DNA from: Ylistrum balloti
Lineage: Eukaryota
Direction of reading: 5' to 3'
Assembly: GCF_031769215.1 (NCBI RefSeq)
Contig: NW_026781906.1
Location: forward strand, 310,001-374,000
DNA length: 64,000 bases
The first letter of the stretch is position 1. Every line of letters starts with the position of its first letter. Shown one piece after another: positions 38,837 to 50,566 of the stretch. A program made the translations under genes and the position numbers. Under the pieces are notes generated by a model. That model worked only from the letters and a program-made list of their open reading frames with translations, did not search any database and was not told the DNA's origin.

Positions 38837-39759
38837 TCTGATAAAATGTCACAAGCGCACAAAAATTGAATTGAACAGTATTTTAATTGTAATTTTTACT
38901 TTTATTAGGTACCCGTATGTGTTTTTGTTGTCTCAGTGCTTTGATGGAGGGTACTGTAATCGAGGCGAGGTGTTCCGACGGACAGGAATTTCCCCGTCTC
39001 AAACCTAGAGTGAGACATGGAAATCTCATATGGGTAAAAAGTATGGATTTACAAGGGAAAAGAAACAACATATCCGTTAAATTCTAACGAAGTATAATTA
39101 CACTGTCTATTGAGAAACGAAAAATGAATTTGAATAATGTATTGAAAAGTAATCTGTATGATAAAATTGTGTACCTTGCATGTAAACCTAAAGCTAAATG
39201 AATAAAAACTTGTCACCCGGAACACATATGATACAAAAGTATGTTTATAATAACAGAGGTTTTTCAATCAGTCATCATGTCTATATGATTTTTTTTATGT
39301 CTGCACATTAAGATTACGTTTACTCGCTGTTTACATGTACATTTCATTGTTAAAGACATGATTTTTTGTTAAATAAAAAAGGAAACAATATTTTGATTGT
39401 AATTATTACTTTTAGTATTATCTATAGACCCACAAAACTTGGTCTATTCATCAACTGTCTAGTGTGAATCGGCACAGGTCGCAGAATTGTATGGGCAGTT
39501 TGTTTGTGCCGACCTACCTACCAAGTCTGAGAAACGGACTGATATTTGTGGTTGACGTTTGTTCTGTTTAATTTTCTAAGGAGCGGACTTTCGTAGGCTT
39601 TGACTGTTGCCCAATTCCTTTTGCATTAAAATCTTTATAATAAGATTATTCTGATATAATATGAAACCTGTCATTCTAATATATATTCTATGAGAAATAA
39701 ATACATGTCGTTATGGTTACTTTTGTTCTTTGTAGGTCCGGTTTATCACAGATATACAA

Positions 39760-40310
39760 AGGTCAGTGTGTGATTATCGTCAACAAGGCAGAGTGGGATT
39801 ATCGTCAACAAGGTAGAGTGGGATTATCTTTAACAGGTCAGTGTGGGATTATCGTCAACAGGTCAGTGTGGGGTTATCGTGAACAGGTCAGTGTGGGGTT
39901 ATCGAGAATAGGTCAGTGTGAGATTATCACGACATGGCAGTGTGGGGTTATCGTGAACAGGTCAGTTGAGATTATCGTGAACAGGTCAGTGTGGGATTAT
40001 CGTCGACATGTCAGTGTGGGATTATCGTCAACAGGTCAGTGTAGGATTATCGTCAACATGTCAGTGTGGGATAATCGTCAATAGGTCAGTGTGGGATTAT
40101 CGTCGACATGGGAGGGTGGGATTATCGTCGACATGGGAGGGTGGGATTATCGTCAACAGGTCAGTGTGGGATTATCGTCGACATGGGAGGGTGGGATTAT
40201 CGTCAATAGGTCAGTGTGAGACTATCGTCGACATGGGAGGGTGGGATTATCGTCGACATGGGAGGGTGGGATTATCACGAGTTGGCAGGATGGGATTATC
40301 GACGGGATTA
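39760..40310. repeat. ~25-bp minisatellite
   Basis: unit ggtcagtgtgggattatcgtcaaca, with longer catgggagggtggg variants towards 3'. Confidence 0.93.
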
Positions 40311-41585
40311 TTGAAAGAAGATATCAAAATATTCCAAGGGTACATCGGATTCGTATTCATGGTAACAAGAATTTAGTAGAAGACTAGTTCCATTTTATTT
40401 TGATTTGTCCTCTGTATATAAAGTTACGTAAAAGATATTTTTGGAACCGTCCGTCTTATTATAAACTCGTACAATTACCATAACGGTACGTAATAGAAAA
40501 GAACTTTGTTTTCTAGGCAAATATTTACAATCAAGTTCATCATTACGTTCAACATTTCAAGCCTAATGTGTGGTGTTTGATCATGCATTTTACGCCAATT
40601 AGCTCATGTAAAATTATATTGTCCGGCACTATTCATACACTAGTTGTCCCACTATTATACTTTTGTATGTGTACTCAACTGTCCACCTGTCTGTCTTTGT
40701 TCTTCTCGTCTTGTACAATGTAAGTTAATTTTCATATAACTCTTATACTAATTCGTCGGGATTATCGGCGATGTTTAAGGATCGGATTATCGCCGATGAT
40801 CCAAGGTCGAAAAATATTTTGTTAATTTCTCTAGACAGGAATAAATAAGAGATGTGAGGATACATACACGTAGAAACGTTACTACTCACCATGTTCTGGT
40901 ATGTTGATGAGGTGATTATAACTTCTCTGAGATGTCGCCTGCCTACGAGCTAACTATTACTTCACTCTTCTCGTAATGCCAGTGTTACGTACCGGTACCA
41001 AACGTGTTAGATAATTATTGATTCATGTCAGATGTGTCCGGACTATCTGATGGCACGCTTCAGTGAACTGTCACATTGGTTATGATTACCGTTCACCCAC
41101 GTTTACCGATCCAATGATAGGGTGTATAAGATCGGTACTCATATGCACTTTACGGTGTAGCCCCGGACACTATTGGGGAAACGGACGTCACCGAAGCTAA
41201 CCGATTTTTAATTCAACGGGCTGGTGGTTTAAACTCTTAAGACATGGCGTCAAAGTGAAAATGTCGGTTAGATAAAATATAAACGTATAAAGTAGATTTT
41301 GAGTAATTAATAGTTATCAGCGGATTATACAAACCAAATCGGATTGTACATGTATACTCCTGTAGGGGATGAGTATCTGTTGCAAACCATCTATACTTAT
41401 CGCTTGTATTCTTAACTGTCAATTGTTTTTATTGATGTGCAATTATTTTTGATAAAATTTTCTTCTAAATCATTTAAGTACAATGTATTCATTATCGGTA
41501 ACAAAATCTACGTTCGTTTTTGAAAAAAAAATGTATTAAGCCACCATAGTTTACACAACATTTAACATCATCATACAGCGATCTA

Positions 41586-42160
41586 AAACCCCATTCATAC
41601 GACACGATTTGCATACCTCAGTATATTTTACACATATGTTAATTTACTTACATGTGCAATTTTTGTCGTGTGAACTGATTTGCTCATATGCAAATTCTGC
41701 ACAGTTGAGTAAATTTGCACCTGGTCAGGACTAGGTGCAAATTAACTTTTACATTAATGTTGTCGCAAATTAATTGCTCCCGTGTGTAAGTTTTGTCGTA
41801 TGAACACGCAGCAAATTTACTTATGTAAGTATTTTGTCATGTGTATTGCATCAGTCTCTATTTTAAGCGTTCTTATGGTTGTGTGTGCTTCGGCGGGAAA
41901 AATATAAGTCTGTAAACATGACGCCTTTCAAACTACCAAACGAATTTTCAATGGTCATTCGTGCTCTACTTAAATGATAGTTGAAAGTAGACTGAGTTTC
42001 TGTAAGGGTAGATCTGTTGGTGTATGGCTTCAAAAGCCAAGTCTTCAAAGGATAAGCTGGGTCGCCAAGAACTATTGGCATAGTACTTTCCCAAATGGCT
42101 TTCGCCACTCTGGAAACAAGGAGCCATTATCTCCTTTGAGATAAATTTCCGAATTTGAAT
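41586..42160 (-). mobile_element. Harbinger/PIF DNA transposon, 3' half (decayed DDE transposase plus terminal repeat)
   Basis: [18 protein letters not shown] / [19 protein letters not shown]...[21 protein letters not shown] matches the Harbinger (DDE_Tnp_4) catalytic C-terminus. Terminal motif accccattcatacgac at 41588-41603; many gcaaattt subterminal motifs. Confidence 0.88.
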
Positions 42161-42809
42161 CTGAACAGAGATTAACGTCAACATTTATCTAACATAACAG
42201 ATAAAGCTGAACTGAGGTAAACGTCAACATTTTTCTAACATAACAGATAAAGCTGAACTGTAGTAAATGTCAACATTTTTCTAACATAACAGTTAAAGCT
42301 GAAGTGAGGTAAACGTCAACATTTATCTAACATAACAGATAAAGCTGAACTGAGATAAACGTCATTTATCTAACATAACACATAAAGCTGAACTGAGGTA
42401 AACGTCAACATTTTTCTAACATAACAGATAAAGCTGAACTGTAGTAAATGTCAACATTTTTCTAACATAACAGTTAAAGCTGAAGTGAGGTAAACGTCAA
42501 CATTTATCTAACATAACAGATAAAGCTGAACTGAGGTAAACGTCAATATTTTTCTAACATAACAGATAAAGCTGAACTGTAGTAAATGTCAACATTTTTC
42601 TAACATAACAGATAAAGCTGAACTGAGGTAAACGTCAACATTTTTCTAACATAACAGATAAAGCTGAACTGAGATAAACGTCAACATTTATCTAACATAA
42701 CAGATAAAGCTGAACTGAGGTAAACGTCAATATTTTTCTAACATAACAGATAAAGCTGAACTGTAGTAAATGTCAACATTTTTCTAACATAACAGATAAA
42801 GCTGAACTG
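42161..42809 (+). repeat. 46-bp minisatellite, array 1
   Basis: unit aacatttatctaacataacagataaagctgaactgaggtaaacgtc. Confidence 0.96.
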
Positions 42810-42872
42810 AAACTGGTCGTTTATTTTGGGGAACTTAATCTAGAAGCGATATGAGAAAGTCCAGGAATTATG
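42810..42872 (+). pseudogene. gene C exon 11 remnant (5' end lost, inverted)
   Basis: KLVVYFGELNLEAI*ESPGIM|gtaggt aligns without gaps to gene A KLVIYYKQLNYQYLKEEPDIE. Confidence 0.82.
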
Positions 42873-43036
42873 GTAGGTACACCTTCTTAATTATAACGAC
42901 ATTCTTTTAAAAACTTGATTAATCAAATAAATATTGTAATTAGTTTTCGAATACCACCGGGAAAAATAATACAATCGTGTATAATGAACGCTTTGAATTA
43001 AGAAGATTCTCATATCATGAATGGATTTTGTTGTCG

Positions 43037-43198
43037 GTTACTCAGTTTGCGTCGGACCTTGGAGAAGCAATGGAACTGTGGATAGGTCTGTCAATACTAA
43101 GTGCTTATGAAACCGTCCAGCTTCTGTTGCAGATTTTTAGTTGGGTTTGTTACAGATATTACAGGACCTTGGAACCTGTTAAAAAGGTTCACCAATAA
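43037..43198 (+). pseudogene. gene C exon 12 remnant (TM2, inverted)
   Basis: VTQFASDLGEAMELWIGLSILSAYETVQLLLQIF; two TM2 glycines changed to Glu; the expected acceptor AG reads CG. Confidence 0.88.
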
Positions 43199-43645
43199 AT
43201 ATCAACAATACAACAGAAAACCTATTTAAATCCTAATTGTGACCATGGATGTTGTATCTCCGGGAGTATATACAAAGCAAGACATGTAAACCACTACCAA
43301 CCAAACCTATATAGGCACAGAAAGGAGCGTGCGAAAACAAAATAACCATACTCATTAATATAGAAATAGACGAATTTATTAAGACTTATGATAATAACTA
43401 CATATATAATAATATATTCATGTATCTTAAGAGAGACTTAATGGAAACATTACACAAATAGAAGTGTAACACGCAACAAAAAAATCACAACGGAAAGCTA
43501 GGTGTATTAATGGCTTATTGAATTATTTTTTATACACTGTAAAGGGAGTTTAGCATGAAGTTGGACAATGTTATTGTACAGAGTATGTAGATCTGGCTAT
43601 TCCTCCAGGTCCTAGGATACATATTCCGATATGTTGAAATTATTA

Positions 43646-44169
43646 ATACCCCATTCATACGACGAAAATTTGCTTATATATGCAAATTTACACACGAGTA
43701 ATTTTACACACATAAGTAAAAGTTAATTTGCTATGCGTTCATAAGAGATTTATGTACCGTCGGTAAATCCCCAAATTGCCATTTGAAATAAGGAGATGGA
43801 CCGATTCAGACTGGTGAATTTTCACAGAAAAGGGTATTCCCTTGCTATTTGGGCATAGGACTAGCTATTGGATGTTCCCGAATCAAGGAAACTAGAAGGA
43901 AAGTCCGATCCACTGAATGGTACGACAAATCCGTACTTAATGACTTTAAGGACGAAGATTGGTGTGAGAATTTTCGAATGAAAAAAGAAAAATGATTAAA
44001 GTTTTGTGAAAAATTGGAAAATGCTTTGGCCCCGGCACCCATATTCCCATCATAGCTCCTAAGCATTCCCATGGAGACTACTTTAACTGGAAAGGGTTTT
44101 ACTCCTTGATTTTTGCCGGATGTTTGCGACCACAGCTTTATCTTTAGAGACATAAATATAGGTTGGACA
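43646..44169 (+). mobile_element. Harbinger/PIF DNA transposon, 5' half (internally deleted)
   Basis: accccattcatacgac at 43648-43663, then DEDWCENFRMKKEK*LKFCEKLE and GKGF...DVCDHSFIFRDINIGW, typical Harbinger motifs that precede the GSxHDARVF segment. Confidence 0.85.
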
Positions 44170-44690
44170 GTTCAGCTTTATCTGTTATGTTAGAAAAATG
44201 TTGACATTTACTACAGTTCAGCTTTATCTGTTATGTTAGAAAAATGTTGACGTTTACCTCAGTTCAGCTTTATGTGTCATGCTAGAAAAAATATTGACGT
44301 CTACCTTAATTCAGCTTTATCTGTTATGTTAGATAAATGTTGACGTTTATCTCAGTTCAGCTTTATCTGTTTTGTTAGATAAATGTTGACGTTTATCTCA
44401 GTTCAGCTTTATCTGTTTTGTGAGATAAATGTTGACATTTACCTCAGTTCAGCTTTATCTGTTATGTTAGATAAATGTTGACGTTTATCTCAGTTCAGCT
44501 TTATCTCTTTTGTTAGATAAATGTTGACGTTTACCTCAGTTCAGCTTTATCTGTTATGTAAGATAAATGTTGACGTTTATCTCATTTCAGCTTTATGTGT
44601 TATGTTAGATAAATGTTGACGTTTACCTCAGTTCAGCTTTATCTGTTATGTTAGATAAATGTTCACATTTACCAAAGTTCACCTTTATCT
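44168..44690 (-). repeat. 46-bp minisatellite, array 2 (inverted relative to array 1)
   Basis: reverse complement of the same unit; grades into the end of gene C exon 10. Confidence 0.96.
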
Positions 44691-44761
44691 GATATTTAAG
44701 ATAGTTGTCGACAATCCTCCATCTTACTTACATCCTCACATATACTTTACACCTGCACCGT
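44673..44761 (-). pseudogene. gene C exon 10 remnant
   Basis: cag|TVQV*SICEDVSKMEDCRQLS*ISDKGEL|gtaaat versus gene A YLLRESVCEDLPDDCEIL; phase 0 to 2. Confidence 0.75.
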
Positions 44762-45071
44762 CTGTTTAATAAGAACATGTATTTAACATGAACTGTAAAC
44801 TTCCCAACACTCAAAGGGAGATAACCGATGTACCAACGGATGTCTAAATGCATGGACTTGGTAACTGACACATCGGTAGATAAACAAACTCTGACCACTC
44901 CTTATTGTATCGACAGAATATTGACAAAGGATTATACTTTGCTAGTTGTAAGGGGAAGAGAAGAATGGAGTAGAGGATGTAACCCAGTTAGCTTTCTTCA
45001 ACACCTTAATGTGCTGTCATAAACATGCATGACGTACGATGCTGATGTATGCTGGTCTAGACGAAACGCAC

Positions 45072-45130
45072 CGAGAAGTCCCGAGTGAGCCATTGACGGG
45101 CACACATTTCATGCCCGTTAGGTTCTTTCC
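45072..45130 (-). pseudogene. gene C exon 9 remnant
   Basis: tag|..EPNGHEMCARQWLTRDFS|gtgcgt; 59 nt versus 58 nt in the paralogs. Confidence 0.75.
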
Positions 45131-45681
45131 CTACGTTGTAAAGAAAATTGAGAATAGAATACCCATCAAGTTGCCAAGCGTTTTTGCATTAATCAGTGAA
45201 CGGGAATATTTGCATTTTTAATCAATCAGACCACTAAACTTGGATGTCATATTTCTAATATTTTCAACTGGATTTTGTCTGTTGATTGAGTTATTTGTCT
45301 TATATTCATCGAAATAAATTTTCATCTTCATCCAGCGAAACCAATCACGAAGCAGCTGTCTAAACACTTTGCAGATTGAAATAACACAATAGAAGCCATC
45401 TACATGTTTATGTGATAATTCTGGTAGACATTCACACTTCTGTTATAACCATTTACCGTGTCATGTTGTCGTGATGCATCCGCAGTGATATACAGAAAAC
45501 TTTAATTGGCCTTTACACTGATATCAGATAATTCATAATTAATATTAAAAACGATAAACATGTTACCAGTTTCTATCATTTCATTTTATCATTCCGAAAG
45601 CTTGCCTCTTTACTATCGTCTAACCCCAATATATATATATATATATACAATTAATTATCTGATTGGAGATTTTGTGGCAAT

Positions 45682-45798
45682 CTGTAGGTGCAGGTATTTC
45701 TGTCCGTGATACCCGCAATGTGAGACAGTTTTTCTCTGTTCACGTCGTAATTTCCACAACTTGTAAGCATCGCCTCCTGTTCACAGTCTCTGACATGC
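45682..45798 (-). pseudogene. gene C exon 7 remnant
   Basis: cag|AC (frameshift) RDCEQEAMLTSCGNYD...NTC, compared with gene A ACMYLCRPTEIVKRCGCYD. Confidence 0.65.
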
Positions 45799-46955
45799 CT
45801 GAAACAGGTGTGAAGGTAAGCTACGCCATTTTTCATGATTGGTGTATTATCTTAAAAAAAACGGCCTTTTTTATCAATCCTTGCAAGAAATCTCAGAAAT
45901 TATCGGTTTAATCTTAATTTTGTAAAAAAAAAAACTTTGGGCAAAATTTGTTTCAAACTACAGATTTGTGTTCGTTAAACTCATTTGGACCATTTTAGAC
46001 TGTTGATATGTTATTATTTACACACGAAAACCTGGAAAGATATTTTATAGATCCCAATACTATTTAACTCGCCAAAGTTCTGTAATATGCGTTCCAGAGA
46101 CCCAGGTTTTCAAGGCGGATCGCATCGCTTTTGGTTGGTGCTGTTCAGCCTTTTAACGACTCTGAAGTTCCCACACCCAGTACCAAACAGTGGCAGTTTC
46201 ACCAGCCATAGCAGTATAAGTAAATATCTACATATGTAATCTGTTATAAACAGTACTACCAAACACGTGATGTAGTCTCTGGTTCAAATTACCAATCTTA
46301 TAGGGAGAGAAAAACCCAAATCACTAGCTGTGGCAGTAGACAAACTTACATGTCTAACAAATGATCGGAGCACTGGTGAAATAGCCAAAGTTGAATAGGG
46401 AGAATCGTCCGTACTACATTATAGGTGAAATCTTTTAAATCCCGATTATAGGTCTATATATCAGCTATCATGTTCTTCAAATCAACAAAGTCAAAACCAT
46501 CGAAATGATCAACTTTACTTTCAACGTCAACACAGGAGAGATAATACTAGGAAGACACTTTGTACCTGTGATATAACACACAGCAGCAAAAACAACTTAA
46601 ACACAGCAAGAAGTTTTCAAAAGAATAAAACTAAACCCAAGGTACACATCCAGGAGGAAGGAGGGGGACACAGCAATGTCTTCGTTTGCGTTACAATAAT
46701 TGTAACGAAATGCCACCGATTTGGAGTACATCATGATGACTGTAACGGTAAGGAGAAAACTCGCGGGAAATGGAAATGGATCACAAAAGTGGTTTTTAAA
46801 AGCATGTACACGTCTTTCTACTTTACACGAAGAAATAATTAACAAGCAACAGAACAAAGCTCGTTAATTAAGATAGCACACTAATTACTAAATCTAATTA
46901 TTGATAACGACTCATGTGTTTGTTTACGATTACCCGTGAGTGTGATATTTCTTAC

Positions 46956-47090
46956 CTCGTTTTCGTTGTGTAAAGTCGTTCAAATTCCAGCTCTGATGCT
47001 GTTATGATATCATCTGGCTTGTTACCATAGCTAGATATTTTGAGCTGTTCAAATGTGATGATATAACGTTTCTTTCTGTGTCCTTGTTTA
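46956..47090 (-). pseudogene. gene C exon 2 remnant
   Basis: KQGHRKKRYII...EFERLYTTKTR|gtaag; keeps RKKR and F..LY but lacks the acidic Tyr tract. Confidence 0.7.
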
Positions 47091-47238
47091 CTAAAACAAA
47101 AATCACAAATTTGATAAAATTACAAAAAACAATTTGAAAATGTTATAACTAATTTATAAATTCACAGAATGAAAAGTCTGTATGGCGAACAACACCATGT
47201 GTTGACCTACTTGAAATATTTCTCTAGTCACAGCTGAC

Positions 47239-47887
47239 GTGTACATCTTACCTGTGTAGTGTTTGGTAATGAGATCTTTCCTTAGTCCTGTCTGGTGGTT
47301 ACATCTTACCTGTGTAGTGTTTGGTAATGAGATCTTACCTTAGTCGTGTCTGGTGTGTACATCTTACCTGTGTAGTGTTTGGTAATGAGATGTTTCCTTA
47401 GTCGTGTCTGGTGTGTATATCTTACCTGTGTAGTGTTTGGTAATGAGATGTTTCCTTAGTCGTGTCTGGTGTGTACATCTTACCTGTGTAGTGTTTGGTA
47501 ATGAGATGTTTCCTTAGTCGTGTCTGGTGTGTACATCTTATCTGTGTAGTGTTTGGTAATGAGATATTTCCTTAGTCTTGTCTGGTGGTTACATCTTACC
47601 TGTGTAGTGTTTGGTAATGAGATCTTTCCTTAGTCGTGTCTGGTGGTTACATCTTACCTGTGTAGTGTTTGGTAATGAGATCTTTCCTTAGTCGTGTCTG
47701 GTGTGTATATCTTACCTGTGTAGTGTTTGGTAATGAGATATTTCCTTAGTCCTGTCTGGTGTGTATATCTTACCTGTGTAGTGTTTGGTAATGAGATATT
47801 TCCTTAGTCTTGTCTGGTGGTTACATCTTACCTGTGTAGTGTTTGGTAATGAGATCTTTCCTTAGTCGTGTCTGGTGTGTATATCAC
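47239..47887. repeat. 58-bp tandem repeat (~11 copies), gene C intron 1
   Basis: unit tcttacctgtgtagtgtttggtaatgagatctttccttagtcgtgtctggtgtgtaca. Confidence 0.96.
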
Positions 47888-47920
47888 ACCCGTGTATTGT
47901 TACTAACTATCCCGTGATAC

Positions 47921-48285
47921 AAATTTACTGAACGTAGATGTAAATAAGTCGACAGCGTTAACCAGTGTTTTCGCGGAGTCGTTGTTATCAAATTTTTTGA
48001 CCGCAGAATTTCTTACAGGGTTTGCATCGCAAATAGTCAAAACAGGTACCTCAATATTTTGGAAACCTAGTTCAATAGATGGTTGTTTCGGCCAGGAATG
48101 GTGGTTCTTACATAAGTAGGACACATGTAAACCACTCGTTCCAAGAGTAATCATAAGTATAACTGTCCACATTGTGTTCGCAATTCATAACTAGCCGATA
48201 CTATGATACGATGGTCTCTGCATTAATGTCTTCTACGCAAAACGGGTGATGACACCATCTAAATGTTTATGATGAAAGTTCTCAC
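47921..48285 (-). pseudogene. gene C exon 1 remnant
   Basis: RFA*KTLMQRPSYHSIG*L*IANTMWTVIL...WPKQPSIELGFQNIEVPVLTICDANPVRNS aligns without gaps to gene A RFSEKTTMHAAPY...W. Confidence 0.88.
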
Positions 48286-50566
48286 CTGTTTAAGATTTGG
48301 CATTGTGTGAATGCACGACGCTCGAATTCCTTTTGTGTGAAAATAAGAGAAATGATGCTTAAATTCAAATCAAAAGACAATTATATTTCAGTTAAAAAAA
48401 TCGTGTGGATTAGAGTGGATGAAAGGCTTTATCTGCTCAGAAATAAGTTTACATAGCGTTAACATACTTACCGCCGGAAGGCACAATGTTTCGTCATATT
48501 TTCGACGAAGACTACACTCCGTTGTTAGAGAATAATGTCGATCATTACAATACAGTAAAGTATTTGTATTTGGAGACCTCTACAGTTAGACTGAAAGGGA
48601 ACCAGACTTTATACCTGGAGATACACTTCACGACTGTGTTCAAAGACTTCTCGAGGGGTTCATTGACTATCTCCAGGAACCAGATGACGTCACACGCCAC
48701 TCAGAGGACATAGAAGTTAATACATTCGGTCGTAAAATAACATTTTGTAATGATGGTAGTTGTGTTATAGATTGGATATCAACTGATAACACGTCGATGA
48801 CATCCATCAAACGTTTTGAAGGAGGCTGCTTCAATGAATATTCGGATCATGTGCCCATATATCTGGTATTGCAATTTCTGTCGTCACACTCAGTGTAAAT
48901 GTTGTCCTGGCAATAACCTGCGTGGTGAGGTCGGGTGAGCTAGTAACATGGTGACTAACGACATTTTCGATGTTGGATGTTTGAATGACAGCGCAGTTGA
49001 TTAGCTCACTGAAAGTATTGATAAATGAAAAATTATGTCTTTTCAGTGGGAAAGTATGTGACCGTCCATTTCTTGTCAAAGTGATACTTCTGTAAACAGA
49101 GGACCAGGTAGGTATTGGTTAAGTAATAATTGTGAATCTTTGCATAGAAAATATAAAAGTGAGTTATCAATGTTAAATTGTGAAAGGTCAGTCACTAATA
49201 GGACCGATCTTCAGCATATGGTAGACTGTTTGTAAGCACACTGAAGAATGGGACTTAAATGTTAATTCCAGAAATAACGATCTGATTTTTCTTTTAGAAA
49301 AAGAAAAAGAATGATGACTTCAATGATAAACTTATTTAAATTGTGGATAAATTTTTCAACATCGAGTTAAATCTTAACTAAAATGATTTTAACCTTAATA
49401 CAAGAAAACCTTAATAGTTTTTATCGATACCTATGTCACATGTATATCAAATTATGGGTGTGAAGTTTGAATATAATGTATCACCACAGTTACACAAAGT
49501 TCATCTCCTTTTTATCAGAGAGCTAATAAAGTTATCATTATTATTATTATGACATTCTTAACGGCCCGTCAACACATTAAAGGTCATTAGGGTCATCAAC
49601 CGGTAAAAAACACACAGCGAACCAAAAGGAAATAACACCACACAAATCAAAAGGTAAAAGATAAAAGTTAAAATTCTTAAATGGGTATATTAACACAAAA
49701 GATTAAAGTGGTAGGTCATAGTATATTATATATACCAACATCTTTCAGGTAACCTAGAATTTTACAAATCTCAGCAGCTTCAAAAGGGATTTTCGAAACC
49801 AAGTGATATCTACTACTTGTGCAACGTAAAATTACTGAAATCAGATTTTGGCTGAAAATTTTAGTACTAACAACTGTGTTTTAAAATCAAATTATGATGC
49901 TTTAGTTGAATTAAATAATAAAAAAAAACGTAATTGTAAAAAATGATCGGGTTGATCAAATTAAGCGTAAACTGTAAAGTTTGGGTTTAAATCACGTTTG
50001 GAATTCTCAATATGTTCAAAATGATTTTTTTTGTGTAATTGTATTCTCTACGTGTTCATGATGAATTCCTTCAAGAACTAAGTGAGACCTTTGATACGTC
50101 TTCTAAATGTTATTTGTAAAACATCTTGTTTATAGCACTCGGTTCTAATTCACTAATTCCATTGACTCTAGTTTGAAATATTGAGCCATTTCTGTATGCA
50201 TGAGCATAATCTAAATCAGAACAGTATTCCGAAAGATCAAAGAAAATGAACAGTTTGTGATCAAAACGATATAGAGAATGAAGAACTCTTTGTCTTACTG
50301 TGTACTGCATATTCTGATTTAAGAAAACACATATTTACCAATACTATCAACGTTTTCCGAGTGTCTATAAATTAATTGAATTATTTTCCAATGAAAATAT
50401 TGAAGAATTAAGTAGATTGGTAAGGCGTTTGTTGTATGCATCTGAAAAAAGAAAAAGATTCCTCGATTATTCAATATCGAAAATGGTTAAAACTTATCTG
50501 TTTTAGGATTAAACGTAGAGTTATCGAATTGTCCGTTAATTACATGTTATTATGAAATTGATATTG

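Larger units (their letters stand above)
42810..48285 (-). pseudogene. DEG/ENaC pseudogene, gene C (exons 11-12 inverted onto the + strand)
   Basis: Minus-strand remnants: exon 1 48285-~47925 (three in-frame stops at 48233, 48191, 48185, colinear with gene A), exon 2 47090-46956, exon 7 45798-~45682 (frameshift), exon 9 45130-45072 (ARQWLT, +1 nt), exon 10 44761-44673 (SICEDV, two stops). Plus-strand remnants: exon 11 42810-42872 and exon 12 43037-43198. Confidence 0.88.

Noticed and set aside
38440-39008. Cys/Val/Arg-rich and Thr/Arg/His-rich ORFs
   Set aside because: Pentamer microsatellite translation.
44695-44712. DNYLK reading, considered as the missing start of gene C exon 11 (would put the breakpoint at 44695)
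   Set aside because: No acceptor. The same bases fit exon 10 better in another frame (SICEDV...DCRQL) with correct splice sites, and the transposase continuity places the breakpoints at ~42161 and ~44168.
45220-45480. Open frame KCECLPE...MKIYFDEY on the minus strand
   Set aside because: CEC may be a decayed exon 8 of gene C, but it needs several stops and the remainder matches no family I can name; not called.
46060-46745. Possible remnants of gene C exons 3-5
   Set aside because: Only weak, multi-frameshift resemblance; cannot be supported without an alignment.
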